Under the pieces are notes generated by a model. The model was not told where the DNA came from, did not search any database, and saw nothing but the letters and a program-made list of their open reading frames with translations. Source: Rhizodiscina lignyota (lineage: Eukaryota). From it: a DNA stretch of 64,000 nt. Positions 25,220-37,370 of this stretch are shown one piece after another. Where the stretch lies: contig ML978128.1 in assembly GCA_010015805.1 (NCBI GenBank), positions 930,001 through 994,000 of the forward strand, in the 5' to 3' direction. The translations under genes were made by a program, and so were the position numbers. How positions within the stretch are numbered: position 1 is the first letter of the stretch; each line of letters starts with the position of its first letter.

Positions 25220-27503
25220 ATGGTTCCTGGTCTGAAAAAAGATTTCGGCGCAGGTTTGCGCCTCTCGAGGGACAATGCGGAGCACCATCCATCAGGTCCT
25301 CCGCAGAAAGAGGGCCTGTCGCAAACCGAACGAATGTTCCAGGTCGCATCTACCTTTTTCTCTGGAATATTAGCGTATGTGCAGAGCTTCAGATATTACA
25401 ATGCACTGTTGCTGATGCTCTACTAGAATAAACGCGTCTCAGTTTATAGGCGCGCCTTTGAAGTTCATAAATCCGGAATATTACGACGCTTATATGGCTT
25501 TCACGAAGCAGTCATTCTCAGTTCTGATCAATACCATGACACAATGGTGGGCACCGACTGTTGTACGTGTCAGCGGAGATGCCAGTATGCACGGCCAGCT
25601 ACAGCAATTGGAGGACGGCAGTCTACAGTGCAATTTTCCGGAACGACTTATCATGATGGCAAATCACCAGCTGTATACGGACTGGCTGTACCTCTGGTGG
25701 ATTGCGTACACGAACGGCATGCATGGACGAATCCACATAATCTTGAAGGAGTCTTTGAAAAAGATACCATTCATCGGCTGGGGATGCCAGTTCTACAACT
25801 TTATCTTTGTCGCCCGCAAATGGGAAGAGGACAAGACGAAATTTGAGGAGCATCTCCAGAAACTCAACAACTCAAACTATCCAATGTGGCTCCTTATATT
25901 TCCGGAGGGTACCAATCTCTCAAAGGTCACGAGAGAAAAGAGTAAAAAGTGGGCAGAGAAAAACGGCCTTGAGGATATGAAGCACCAACTGTTACCTCAC
26001 AGCACCGGACTGCGATTCTGCTTGGAACAGTTGCATACAACTACTCCTTGGCTATACGACTGTACGATTGGTTATGAGGGTATCCCGCCTGGCCAATTTG
26101 GCCAAGACATCTTCACCCTGCGCTCCTCCTTCTTTGAAGGTCGTCCTCCGAAGTCTGTCAATATGCATTGGAGGCGCTTTCGCGTGGCAGACATACCAGT
26201 TGACGATCCGAAAGCCTTTGAAATCTGGATTCGAAACCGCTGGCGAGAGAAGGACTACATGCTTGAGTATTTCTCGCGGACTGGCCGTTTTCCAACCGAC
26301 CAAAATTGGATGTTGAAGCAATCGCATCAACTGGCAAATGGCGATGCTGAGCGAAGCAGGACGAAAACCGAATCCGTGAAATATATCGAAACAGAGGTGA
26401 AGAGCAAGAGTTGGGAGGAGTTTCTGATGATATTCGCCCCAATAAGCGCGTTTGTTATCGTGCTTTTCCTCTTCTATAGCGCCAGCCAGGGAGGAGCAAT
26501 GCCCGAGGGAAATGGCGAAGGCCCACCAAAGGAATGGAAAGAGGTCATGAATCACGCAGCAGCAATGTTGAACAGCGTCTCAAAGCTGTCCGAGGTGCAA
26601 CAGGCACAGTCTGCAGCGAACGAGGTAATGGAAGAGAAAGCGCCACAAACAGCAAGGCGACCAGGTCTAAGGAGAGCATTCAGCTCTAGCTCGACCGCTG
26701 TTAGCAGTCAAAGCGGCGCAGCGAAATATCGTTTCATCCCCGCGAATGAGGCGTCGAAGACCGGAAAGGCGGAGTCGGCGAGATCCGCTTCTGAAGCACC
26801 AAAACAACGACTTATTAAGCTCGCAAATGGAACGACGGTACCACTTAAGCCGACTCGGGATGACGATTCAAAGTCCGACAGCGCAGTGAAATCAACCACA
26901 AAGACACCGCGTGCCATCACTACAAGCTCCGGAGTTAAGCTTAAGGTGAATCCGGTCGAGACAGCCACGAAAGCTACGAAGGCATCATCTGCAGCAGCAG
27001 TGAAAGAAATACCGAAAATCAAGAAGCCAGAGAGCGTTACAGCGGCATCTGGTGTAAAGATGAAGATGGCTCCAACGCAGACAGCTGCTCCAAAGCAGAC
27101 AGCTGCTCTAACGCAGACAGCTAGAGTGAAACCGATCAATGGTCTCTCCCAGCCTGTTAAGGCAGCACCGAAGAAAGCATCTTCCGTCGCATCCAGTGCC
27201 AGAGCACCAAAGAAGATCATAAAACCAGCAGGTTCGACAACAGGCGTCCCGAAGAAGCTTCCAACATCAACGCCTGCAAAGGTCACACCGATCAAGAAGG
27301 TTACTCCAAGTAACCCTCAAAAGGGGAAGCCCAAGGCTGCTGCACCTGCGAAGAGTGTGCCCAAGGGAAAGGCCAAACAGTTGGCGAATGGCATGTGGGT
27401 TAACGTAGGCTCTGCAAATGGGTCGACAGCCTCAGCTATGGAGAAAACGAAGGACAAAGGCAGTGCACCGAAGCAACTGGCTAATGGCGTTTGGATAAGC
27501 TGA
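25220..27503 (+). CDS. 1-acylglycerophospholipid acyltransferase (Cst26/LCLAT-like) with long basic low-complexity C-terminal extension
   Basis: NHQLYTDW (HX4D) and FPEGT motifs; intron 25375-25426; TM helix followed by ~330 aa K/A/P/S/T-rich tail. Confidence 0.9.
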
Positions 27504-27717
27504 TTTGTTTTGAAATTGTACCGGCTATATCATTCTGAGCGTTCGTTGGATATAATTGTATACCACTGATGTTTGATGTAAATTCGTGTACAATATCGAT
27601 GGAAATAGGATAAGTGCAACATATTTCATGAATATCTTACAGATCATGGAAATGATCGCTCATAAATGCTTGATACTTTCCAGATGTTTTGAAAGGACCC
27701 GTAAAACCACATTTAAA

Positions 27718-28935
27718 TCAGAAGAACGTCCGATCCAGAGGCTTGATCTCCTTGTTTTCAGCTTTACCAGTATTTCCACCCGCGCCTCCTGCAGCCCCAC
27801 CCGTTGAGGGCTTGTAGCTCGTTGGAGGCTTGCTGCCCGTTGAAGTCTTGTTGTCCGACTTTGACATGATCCCTCCAAGCGGAATTATGTCTCCACCCTT
27901 GCTGCTCGCATTTCCCTCTGGGCCTTTCGAGGGCGGTGTGTATGGCTTGTATCCTTTCGGTCCACCATTCTCTTTCTCTCCACCGCCACCAAAGCCGGTC
28001 AACGGAATATGCCCACCTCCTGCAGCCTTACTAGTCAAGCCGTACGGCTTCTCGGTCGTCTTGGAAGCCGTGCTCTTCGGTCCACTGGGGTATTTATTGT
28101 TCGCTGTCTTCGTGGGAGCCTTGTCGGGAACGATACTAGCTCTCGCTCTGGGATTGCTAGTCGTGGAGTTCTTCTCTGGGAATGTACTTCCTCGTTTGTT
28201 GGAGTTGTCCGTCTTCGGCGTCTTGTCCGGGGCTATACTTGCCCTCATCTTTGGGTTGCTATTCATAGCTGGGAAGGAATTGACTTGATGGAGAGAGGAG
28301 GGAGGTTTCGAGTGAGTTGGTTTACTTGGTTGCATTGCTTTAGCGATCGAGATTGGGTATTTCGGGTTGCCTGTTTTTGACAGAGCTGTCTCCTTCTCCT
28401 TCTCCTTCGGTTTGTCCTTCACAAATGTGGAGTATGGCTTTATAGCTCCGATCGGATATTGTGTCCTTTTCTTGGAGGTATTGGCTATGGTCGTCACAGG
28501 CTTCATGAGCGCCTTGGACGATGATGCCGATGGCCCATACGATGCACTTCTCTTTAGCGTACCTGATCCCATACCTCCTGCTTTGTACACTGCTAGTGGT
28601 CCGGACTTTGGTAGGCTCGACCCTGGGGCGCCTCGAAGTTTGTCGCCGTAGCCATTCACCCAGGTGCCATAGCGAGCCGCGTAGCCTGATACTTCTATGG
28701 AACGAATACAATTAGCGTTCTGCTGAGCTGCACCATGCTGTACTTGGGACGAAAGAGTAAACGTACTGTCGCCAACCGAACGACCTGCGTTCTCGACCAA
28801 GTTGCCACCAGCGATAATTACGTCTCCAGCCAAATTTCCACCATATGCAGATGCTGCATCTTTCGCGCCCTCGACCGTTGTAGAGATCCAGTTCGAGGCA
28901 ACATTGCCAACGTAGGCGCCAACGAGACTAGTCAT
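27718..28935 (-). CDS. Hypothetical G/K/P/S-rich protein
   Basis: 405-codon ORF containing a probable in-frame intron (~28766-28695, GTACGT..GCTAAT..TAG); amphipathic Gly/Ala N-terminus and disordered basic remainder. Confidence 0.7.
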   Translation of the reverse strand: MTSLVGAYVGNVASNWISTTVEGAKDAASAYGGNLAGDVIIAGGNLVENAGRSVGDSTFTLSSQVQHGAAQQNANCIRSIEVSGYAARYGTWVNGYGDKLRGAPGSSLPKSGPLAVYKAGGMGSGTLKRSASYGPSASSSKALMKPVTTIANTSKKRTQYPIGAIKPYSTFVKDKPKEKEKETALSKTGNPKYPISIAKAMQPSKPTHSKPPSSLHQVNSFPAMNSNPKMRASIAPDKTPKTDNSNKRGSTFPEKNSTTSNPRARASIVPDKAPTKTANNKYPSGPKSTASKTTEKPYGLTSKAAGGGHIPLTGFGGGGEKENGGPKGYKPYTPPSKGPEGNASSKGGDIIPLGGIMSKSDNKTSTGSKPPTSYKPSTGGAAGGAGGNTGKAENKEIKPLDRTFF

Positions 28936-30297
28936 GATTCTGCTGTTGCTACCTCGAGCACATCAGGTTTCGGAGCCGGCTGTGGAAGAGTTATCGGTCT
29001 GGACAGGATTTGGGCGTATGCCAGACGGCGATAGTAATGATGATGAGAGAGGTAGTGATTTAACCCGAGTCTAAAGGGCAATTGGTTTGAAGAGAAACTA
29101 AAGTCGTACTGTGAAGGTGGAGAAAGGTGACGCCCCGTCCCGTCGCGTCTGAAAGTTGGCCAATGACATCATGCATCACCAAAACGTCCAACATCACCCC
29201 CTGAAAACAAGAGACTTCTTTTTCACCTCCACGATCACGACTCCACTAGTCCAACAGTCCATGATACCAAACAACAGACAGACTCTGTCCCTTTTTGTCT
29301 GATCGAGTCAATGAGCTGATTAATTTAGTTCACAGTCCTTAGTTCTTCTAAGTTGCGCTTATTCGACGTTCGTGTGACGTCCACAGAACATCTCACGATC
29401 CAGTCTCCGACGCCCCTTATCGGATCTGAGATATCTAGCTCCTAGTTTTCGTGTGTTATCATGAAGGCCATACCACGCTTCATCGCCATAATCGGGTGTT
29501 ATCATTACCAGTCCGTCCAGAGTAACACTGCATGCTGTAGAGCACCGGAGTTGTTTGGGGTATTTTGGCAGACGAACCGTATCATGAAACTGATATGGGA
29601 GTATTTAATCAAAAAAATTCGATTGATATTCGTACGCGTGATGCACCGAGTATGATCTGCGCGCACCACCAGAGTGAAATCTGAACTCCTACCTCTGAAG
29701 GTATCTCTGGTCCCTCAGCCGGCTCCTCAAGAAGCAATGAGAGTCCGTTATATCAAGTGGGAAATTTCAAGTACGAACGAAGCTTATTACTTCACTTGCA
29801 AGCGTGCATTCACTTATTCTTTCTTCTGCGCAGCGCTCCTGAAGGCGATTCACTTCACTCTCCACCTCTTCCGCCCGGTGCGTAATCTCAAATTGTTAAC
29901 ACAATATAGATCATCGGCACTAACCTGGAACAATTCGAAAGCCGCTGATTGCCGCTAGCGCGGTTCGGCCCCCAATGCTCCTCGCTGGCTATAAAATCTT
30001 CTCTTCGTACCTCCTCTCTCCTCTCCTCTTCTTTCTTTCCTCACAGAAGGTCCCCGCCTAAGCTAGCTATTTGGACCCTGGTTGCCTTTACAACACCCCG
30101 TCTAAGCTAGCTACATATGCTCTGGGCCTACCACCGGGCGAGCATACAGTCTACATATCCAAGACATCAGTCGCAACTTCACAAAGACGTGTGAGGATCT
30201 AGGAGGGTCACTCGTTACCTTGGTGAGTAACCTGCTCCTTCATTTTTGCTCTCGACACTTGCTTATATCGGAACTTAAAGTAAACTACTTGGTAGAC

Positions 30298-32055
30298 ATG
30301 GCGAACGCAAACAACGCTCAAGGAAATCCAAACACACTGGCGTATCAATTCACCATCGACCAATATCAAAGTTGGAAACCTGGCAGATGAGCAGCGTCTT
30401 CGCGCGTTAATCGGTGGCGGCCAAAATGTTCCTCTGGCGCCAATCAGGTACGTGAACTGTCCCACGAAGGCGAAGAGCCTGATATCCGCAAAAATGCACA
30501 CTCTTGCTGACCACTGCTTAGAGCACGCCACGCTCCTACTGCACTCCCAACATCCTACAGGGCTGCTATGGTCCCCATCTTGTACAACATGCATCAGCTG
30601 AACTTAATTCCGGCCTTCGATGATCCCAATGGCATCACCAACCAGATCCTCCGGGATGTCGAGAATGGTATTACCTTACACCGGTTCCATAACGCTGCGT
30701 CATCTATCGAGAAATGCTACACGACAATTCTCTGTGCTGTGCACGCTGTTGCCAAGGATCTGACGGAAGGATCAAACAGTGGTCAAACGAATGGCGTTCA
30801 AACTGGTCCACCACCTCCTCGCAGACCCCGATGCGTCACCTTTGTGTCTACCAGGGGCAGTGCTGTTGATATGTATAACTGGGCCTTGAATCTATGCTAT
30901 GGTACTGGATTACGTCCTGGCGTCGTCTACGGCACATGGTCTCCTACAAATGCGTGTCTCTCTTATACCGAGCAGCTCCACGAGCTCGACAGATACGACT
31001 GCGACATCCTGATTGGCCCACCAACCAGGCTGCTACATCTATCTCAGAACCATTATCCGCTAAATGGGCTTCGCCTTCTATGCATGGATCAAGCTCAAGC
31101 ATTTGCAAATGATAGATGGTATGATGATCTCTATGAGCCGCTGCAACGCATGAGACTCATCAGAGACGAGACTTCGGTCCTGGCTGTTGGCTCAACGCAG
31201 TTTAATATCCATGACGCTCGAGCCTTGGCGACCTACTTGAGGACTTCCAATCGGCTAGTGACGTTCTCTTGCACTCAAGGCACCGATGCAATCCACACGA
31301 GCGAACTGGTGCGCCAAGAGTTGGATATTCAATATGGTCCGATTGCTTGGGAACGATGTGTAGACAAGATCCGTGACATTCTCAACGAGGAGGGGAAAGC
31401 TTTGGTGTACCTCAACACTCGAGAAGCTGCAGACACATTCTTCCATGCACTTCTGCCAGAACTACGCCAGCGTGGTGTCAACCTAAACGGTGCTCTTGCG
31501 AGAGTTGGGGTCTATCATGCTCACAGAGAGCAAAGGGACAATGAGAAAGTACTCCACGACTTCACATACGGCAGCGATCTAAAAGTCTTGATCGGAACAC
31601 AAATCCTAGCTGAGCTCCGACACGATCCTAATATCACGGACATCATACACATTGGACTACCGCATGATTCCGTTCAGTACTTAAGTCGGATCGGATCAGT
31701 GGCGCGCATCAACACAGGAAATGCTCAAGATCAACCGAAGTCAACGGCTTTTGTCATGACGAGGAAGGATGCTCCGTCATTCGACCAAGTTGCTGGAGTC
31801 GTCTCCCGACGCGGTGAACATACCGTGGACGAAATCATGAGGATGTTGCAGCATAGACCTATAGCACAACAGATACAACGTGCGCGCAATGGAACACACA
31901 ACTTGGATACCTACAATCATAAGACGACCCCTGACTGTTACGGTTGCCATCAGCGTGAGTCTCTAGAAGCTTCCTAGATGTGTAAAATGCATGCTAACAC
32001 TGCATTAGCTGGACACGTTCGTTACCTATGCCCAAACACTCGTTCTCGCTCCTGA
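30298..32055 (+). CDS. Degenerate DEAD-box helicase-like protein (Ded1/DDX3/Vasa-related) with C-terminal CCHC zinc knuckle; 5' end frameshifted or preceded by a uORF
   Basis: Collinear motif remnants STRGSA, RPGVVYG, CDILIGPPTRL, DQAQ, LVYLNT, HAHREQRDNEKVLHDF, YLSRIGSVARINTG; intron 31955-32008 completes CYGCHQPGHVRYLC; TATAAAA near 29991. Confidence 0.8.
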
Positions 32056-33258
32056 AGCTCCTTTGACGCCGTATTTGAGAATGAGTGCATCGGATCTTGC
32101 CTGCTGCCACCACGCGCTTTACGAAAGGCATACAACTCACTCCATCCTCGCTACTTCAACCTTGCTACGAAATCAAAGTTCAGCACAAATCTTCATGCTC
32201 ACGAGACGTCCCCCAGTTGAGCAGAATACGGGACATTGGTTTAATCAACTCGTCGCTTTCATTTCTCATCACAATTACCCGTTCCACGTCACTGTTTCTA
32301 TTTAGTTGATGCTCGTTTGTAAGGCAACCCGACATGACCATTTGGTCATTTAATGGCTAGTATTTGGGGATGCCTGAGGTTAAGCTTGGGATGAAATTGA
32401 GGATGGCAGGCTCTGGCACGGTTACTCTTGATTGCTTTTTGCTCCTATGCTTTGCTTTTCGGATATTCGCTTTTATGCTCTCAGAGACTCACAAAAGCTA
32501 GTGTATCAATTTGACATGGACATGCTCAAGCCCTCTGTGTGATATGATCACTTCTTCGATCCGTGCCTGTTATTGGGTGAGCAAAAGTCACCTTCTCTCT
32601 TTTGAATTTCTTGTGCAACGCATCCTCTGTCCACATAAGCAAAGCCTCAAGTGCCGCGTCTCGTGAACCCTTGCGACAATTCTGATCGGGGCTTCATTTT
32701 GTGTCCTTATCAACGATGCAAAGTGGAGGCATTTTCATCGTAATCCGCATACCCTTATCTTCAAGCATTATCTACTGTGGATGACCTGCTTCTGCTTTCG
32801 ACCTGTTTCCTATTGCCCAATTGACTGTCTTTAGCTTTTTACGCCCTAGCTCTCTCTTCTGCTTCTCCTACGGCGAAGAGTTCCTGTGCAATCGTTCGCA
32901 CGCCTATCCGCGCCTCCTCTAGTTGACACTCTTTGAGAAGGAAGATAGCTTGGAGTGAATATACATACGTCCTGCCATTGTTAGACAGTATGAGAGCTTA
33001 AGAGCTAAGCATCCGTTCAGCATTGGACTGGAGCGATGGATAGACACGAAGAAGGTTGAAAGAGATACGACCATCGAGCGATAATTTAGCGAGTTAACAG
33101 GGTATCGTAAGACGTCAACATGAGCACGACATTCATGACGACCGGCTGCACTATTCATCTAATAGCAGAGATGATACTGCTTATTGCTCTGGAAGGGCAA
33201 AATGAACGGAAGACACTCGATCGAGTCGGTTGGAAAATAGTCGGAAGCGCAGTCGGTT

Positions 33259-33503
33259 CCGAGGCAGCTTCCGGAAGTCTCCAAATGGCGCTCCGCAGTC
33301 AGCCACTGTGTGGGGTGCTTAAGCGCGGCCGGCGGCCGCGGCCGCTTGTGGCAAAGCACCTGGAGTCTGCATACATAAGCTAACTACGACACCATGCCTA
33401 GGTTCGGCTCACCGTTGTGCCGTCAATTTGAGAGCTAAGATGCGGGGATTTGACGGAATACCGATGGCACCGAGCATCGCCAGAGCTCCGATTATTGCCT
33501 CGG
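33259..33503. promoter_or_regulatory. Two FarA/FarB-type CCTCGG sites upstream of the acyl-CoA synthetase
   Basis: CCGAGG 33259-33264 and CCTCGG 33498-33503. Confidence 0.5.
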
Positions 33504-33717
33504 GAGCAGATGTGGGATGCAATGTATCTCACACTCTTCTCTCCCAATTTAGGGGAATTCCTAATGCTTCTATCCGTACGGAGACCACGGTGAACCGTCT
33601 AGTTTAAGGCAAAGCAGATCGTCACCGTCGCAATTTGCTCACTGAAAGAGCTAATCATCCTCTTGGAGACAATTCTAATTACCAGGATTGTAAAGAGCTT
33701 GGTGATTCCTGTCTAGC

Positions 33718-35762
33718 ATGGATGGTAAGTATATGAAGCATTGGCCTCAGATTACACCTTGCGAAAGTCTAATACCTCTCGTAGCAGTTCCAGTACCTCT
33801 CGCGGTTGCAGGAGGCGTAGGGGCAGCAGCATACCTCAATGCGAAATACCACATCCTCCACGATCTTACCGCAGGCGGACTATCGAGTGTCTCATTGGGC
33901 TCGCTTTACTACATCTGGAACCAACTTCGCAAGAAGCGCCTCCTTACCTTCCAAGTCCTCCAAGACCAAGCCCTCAAGCACAGACCGGACCAGCTCTTTC
34001 TCATCTTCGAGGGGCGACAATGGACATACTCAGAATTCTACAGAGATGTAGTGAAGGTTGGCAACTGGTTGCTGAAAGAACTACAAGTAAAGAGAGGTGA
34101 GGCCGTTGCCCTGAATGGACCGAACTCTGCGGAATACTTGATGCTATGGTTTGCGATTGATGGGCTAGGAGCCGTGACTGCGTTTATCAACTATAATCTC
34201 ACCGGGGAGGGATTGTTACATTGTATCAAGATTAGTAGTGCTCGATACATGATTTACGATGCGGATGTCTCATCTGCTGTAGATCCAGTGAAAGAGGATC
34301 TGAAGAAATCTGGTGTAAGCATTTGTCTCTCACAGCTCTATTCATCAATCTAACGAGCCACAGTTTACACCAATTGCCTACACACCAAGCTTCATCGCCA
34401 GTCTCAACGATTTCACTCCCTTACCAGAAGAACGCCAGTTCTCCATGCGCCCCGAAGAGCCACGAGGCCTCATCTACACTAGCGGCACGACCGGATTACC
34501 GAAAGCAGTGTGTCTGAATACTGGTCGCGAGCTCATGGTTGGCCGTACTACGTCGCAGCTCCTCCGCTTGAAACCTAGCGATCGCTTCTACACTTGCATG
34601 CCCCTTTACCACGGTGCCGCACATGGTCTCTGCGTTACCCCTTCTATACATGCTGGCTGCACTATTGTCCTGGGAAGGAAATTCTCGCATAAGACCTTCT
34701 GGCCTGAAGTACGAGCGTCGAATGCTAATATTATTCAATACGTGGGAGAGCTGTGCCGATACCTTCTCAATGCTCCGCCCTCCCCGCTCGACAAGGTTCA
34801 TAATGTGAAGATGGCCTGGGGGAACGGCATGCGGCCAGATGTATGGGAGGAGTTCCGGAACCGCTTCGGCATCCCCGTCATTCATGAACTGTATGCTGCG
34901 ACGGATGGGGCTGGCGCAACGTTCAACGAAAATCATGGCGATTTTACGAAATTCTGTATTGGGAAGAGAGGCGTAATTTGGAAGCTCACAAAGGGGAAGA
35001 ATGAAGTCATTGTGAAAGCAGATCCGGACACAGGAGAGGTTATAAGAGACAAGAATGGATTTGCGATACGGTGTGGAATCGACGAACCAGGACAGGTCGT
35101 TCATAGATTAGATCCGAAGAATCCAGGAGCATTGGTATCGGCCTATTTCGGGAACGAGGGTGCAACAACGAAGAGAAGGATAAGAGATGTATTCGAGAAG
35201 GGTGACCTGTAAGTGCCCTCATCGTTGTCTGTGGTTTTGGCTAACGTGGTAATGTAGATGGTTCTGTTCTGGAGACATGATGCGACAAGATAAGGAGGGC
35301 CGTGTTTACTTCGTCGATCGTCTAGGTGATACCTTCCGCTGGCATTCCGAGAATGTCTCGACAAACGAAGTCAGCGACGTGCTTGGAAGATTCCACCAGA
35401 TAGCAGAAGCCAACGTATACGGTGTCCAAGTTCCCCGTGCGGACGGTCGATGCGGTTGTGCGGCTATTGTCATGATTGATGGCATTACGGAGGATAATTT
35501 CGACTTCGAGGGTTTGGCGAAGCATGCCATAGACAGTCTGCCGAGATATGCAGTACCGATTTTCCTAAGAGTTACACCGGCGTTGGAGTACACAGGAACA
35601 CTGAAGCTACAGAAGGTCAAGGCGCGCAGTGAGGGAATAGATCCAGAAAAGGTGGCACCATCAGGTGATCACTTGTACTGGCTTCCACCCCACGGGACGA
35701 AGTACATTCCATTTGGCGAGGCAGACTACGCTGAATTAACGGCTGGGCGTGTAAGACTGTAA
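33718..35762 (+). CDS. Very-long-chain acyl-CoA synthetase / fatty acid transport protein (Fat1/FATP family)
   Basis: LIYTSGTTGLPK AMP-binding motif, QYVGELCRYL, YAATD, GDLWFCSGDMM, DRLGDTFRWHSENVST; 3 introns; ends -VRL (PTS1-like). Confidence 0.93.
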
Positions 35763-36114
35763 TAGACGCGGAGAAGGTCGTGTCATCTTGGAGTGTGGTG
35801 CGGGCTAATGATGTTTAACACCTGTAGAGCACTACATCAGAAAGATCGGTGTTGCAAGATCAGAATTCTTCGATCAACTTTCCTTGTCAAATGCGAAAAG
35901 CCTTAGGTCTACCACACGGTGTTGCAAGTGTGTTTCTCGTCAATGCTCGCTATATATAAAGCCGATTCGACTTCTGTACATGACTAGCTCAATTCAGTTT
36001 GCACACAACGGCCCAAGCGCTTTCCCTCACATATAAAGAAGCTCAATACATTCATACATTACCCTCTCACACGCCCTCAAATCGATTTACAGCAAAGAGT
36101 TGCAAAGACGCAAG

Positions 36115-36550
36115 ATGGCTGAGATGGACGTCAAGCTCTGGCACATAACTGGAGGCATCAGAGATCTTCTCCTTCAAAAACAGCTCAAAGGTATGTATTC
36201 AAAGGTCTCGTCGACCAAAGTGCTGATTTCCGTGACTAGCGAACGCGAGATCTCTCTACGGTGAAGATGCCCAGGTCGTCACAGCATCCCAGGAAACAGG
36301 ACGCCCTGCGCCATACGAAAAGGTCTGGACAGCAGAGATCTGCAAGGGCCTTGAATTGAAGATGAAATTCACCGCTACTGCGACCGTTTGTGACTGTAAC
36401 AGCCCTCAGCGCAGAAAGGCTGCATCAGGTCAGCAGGTGTTCTGCGAGCATGGCACTAGATGCGAGGCTCTTAAACTGTTGCTGGCAGAGACGGAGAAAC
36501 GCATCGCTGAATTGATCGGCCTGCCGTCGGTGCATAAAGCGGGAGTCTAA
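36115..36550 (+). CDS. Orphan small protein (128 aa, 2 exons)
   Basis: TATATATAAA at 35951; ATG 36115; intron 36191-36239 (GTATGT..GCTGAT..TAG) joins in frame to the ORF ending at 36550. Confidence 0.65.
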
Positions 36551-36959
36551 GGGGAATTAATTTATACAATCTGGCAGCCTGTCTCAAGCAACTCATCCGA
36601 CGATACGGCGTAGCAGTGTTGGGAGCACTTCTGTTTGAATCTGAATAATCCAATTACCGCTCCCATCCCGCCAAAAATCGCTGGTCCACAACTGCCATCA
36701 AGAGGACCGTCCTCCAGACCAAAGTCCATAATTGCCTACTCATGTCTGACCAACCTCCCACAGTCGTGGGTCTTGACGCCAACAGCAACATGTCCATAAC
36801 AATAGCCAGAGAATGGATTGTCCATATAGACGAGGTCGTATGTAGCCCCTCAAATCAGATGAGGCGCTAAGGCTGGCACACGGGTGACAAAATAGTTGAG
36901 CCCGCGTTAACTGAACGGCTGTGGTAAGAACAAGTTTTATTCTTCTACACAAGCGAGAG

Positions 36960-37060
36960 CATCTCTAAAAGCTCGATTAAATATATACCAGAGCATATTT
37001 ATCTAAAACGCGTAGTATTAGTATATATAATCTATATTAGCTAGCGAGGGTATATATCCT
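36960..37060. repeat. Short AT/TpA-rich RIP-like relic
   Basis: Abrupt TpA-rich patch (tagtattagtatatataatctatattagctag) in otherwise balanced-GC DNA. Confidence 0.4.
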
Positions 37061-37370
37061 CGCGGTTCGACACATTGCAGCCATGACTCAACTTTTTTGT
37101 CACCCACTTGGTTGGTTAGCACGTTGGAGGAGCCGAGGTTTGTCTCCACGCGGAGCAGTTCAGCCCAGTGCGCTAGCATCGAATACTACACAATCATCGT
37201 CACTCTGAAAACCAATTTGTGAAATCAATATTTCCCCTAATTTAGATCAATTTCAGTCTCCTAGAGGCATTGTTGTCCTAGAGTACTTCTTTTACATCTT
37301 CTGGAAGCAAAATCATTGCTCTCACCGATTCGCGAATCGCGCGACCCTGTAAATTGCACGGAGCTCCAAC

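Noticed and set aside
30298..30390. A-to-I editing of a premature stop as rescue for the DEAD-like gene
   Set aside because: Reading through that TGA stays out of frame with the helicase ORF; the defect is an indel, not a UAG.
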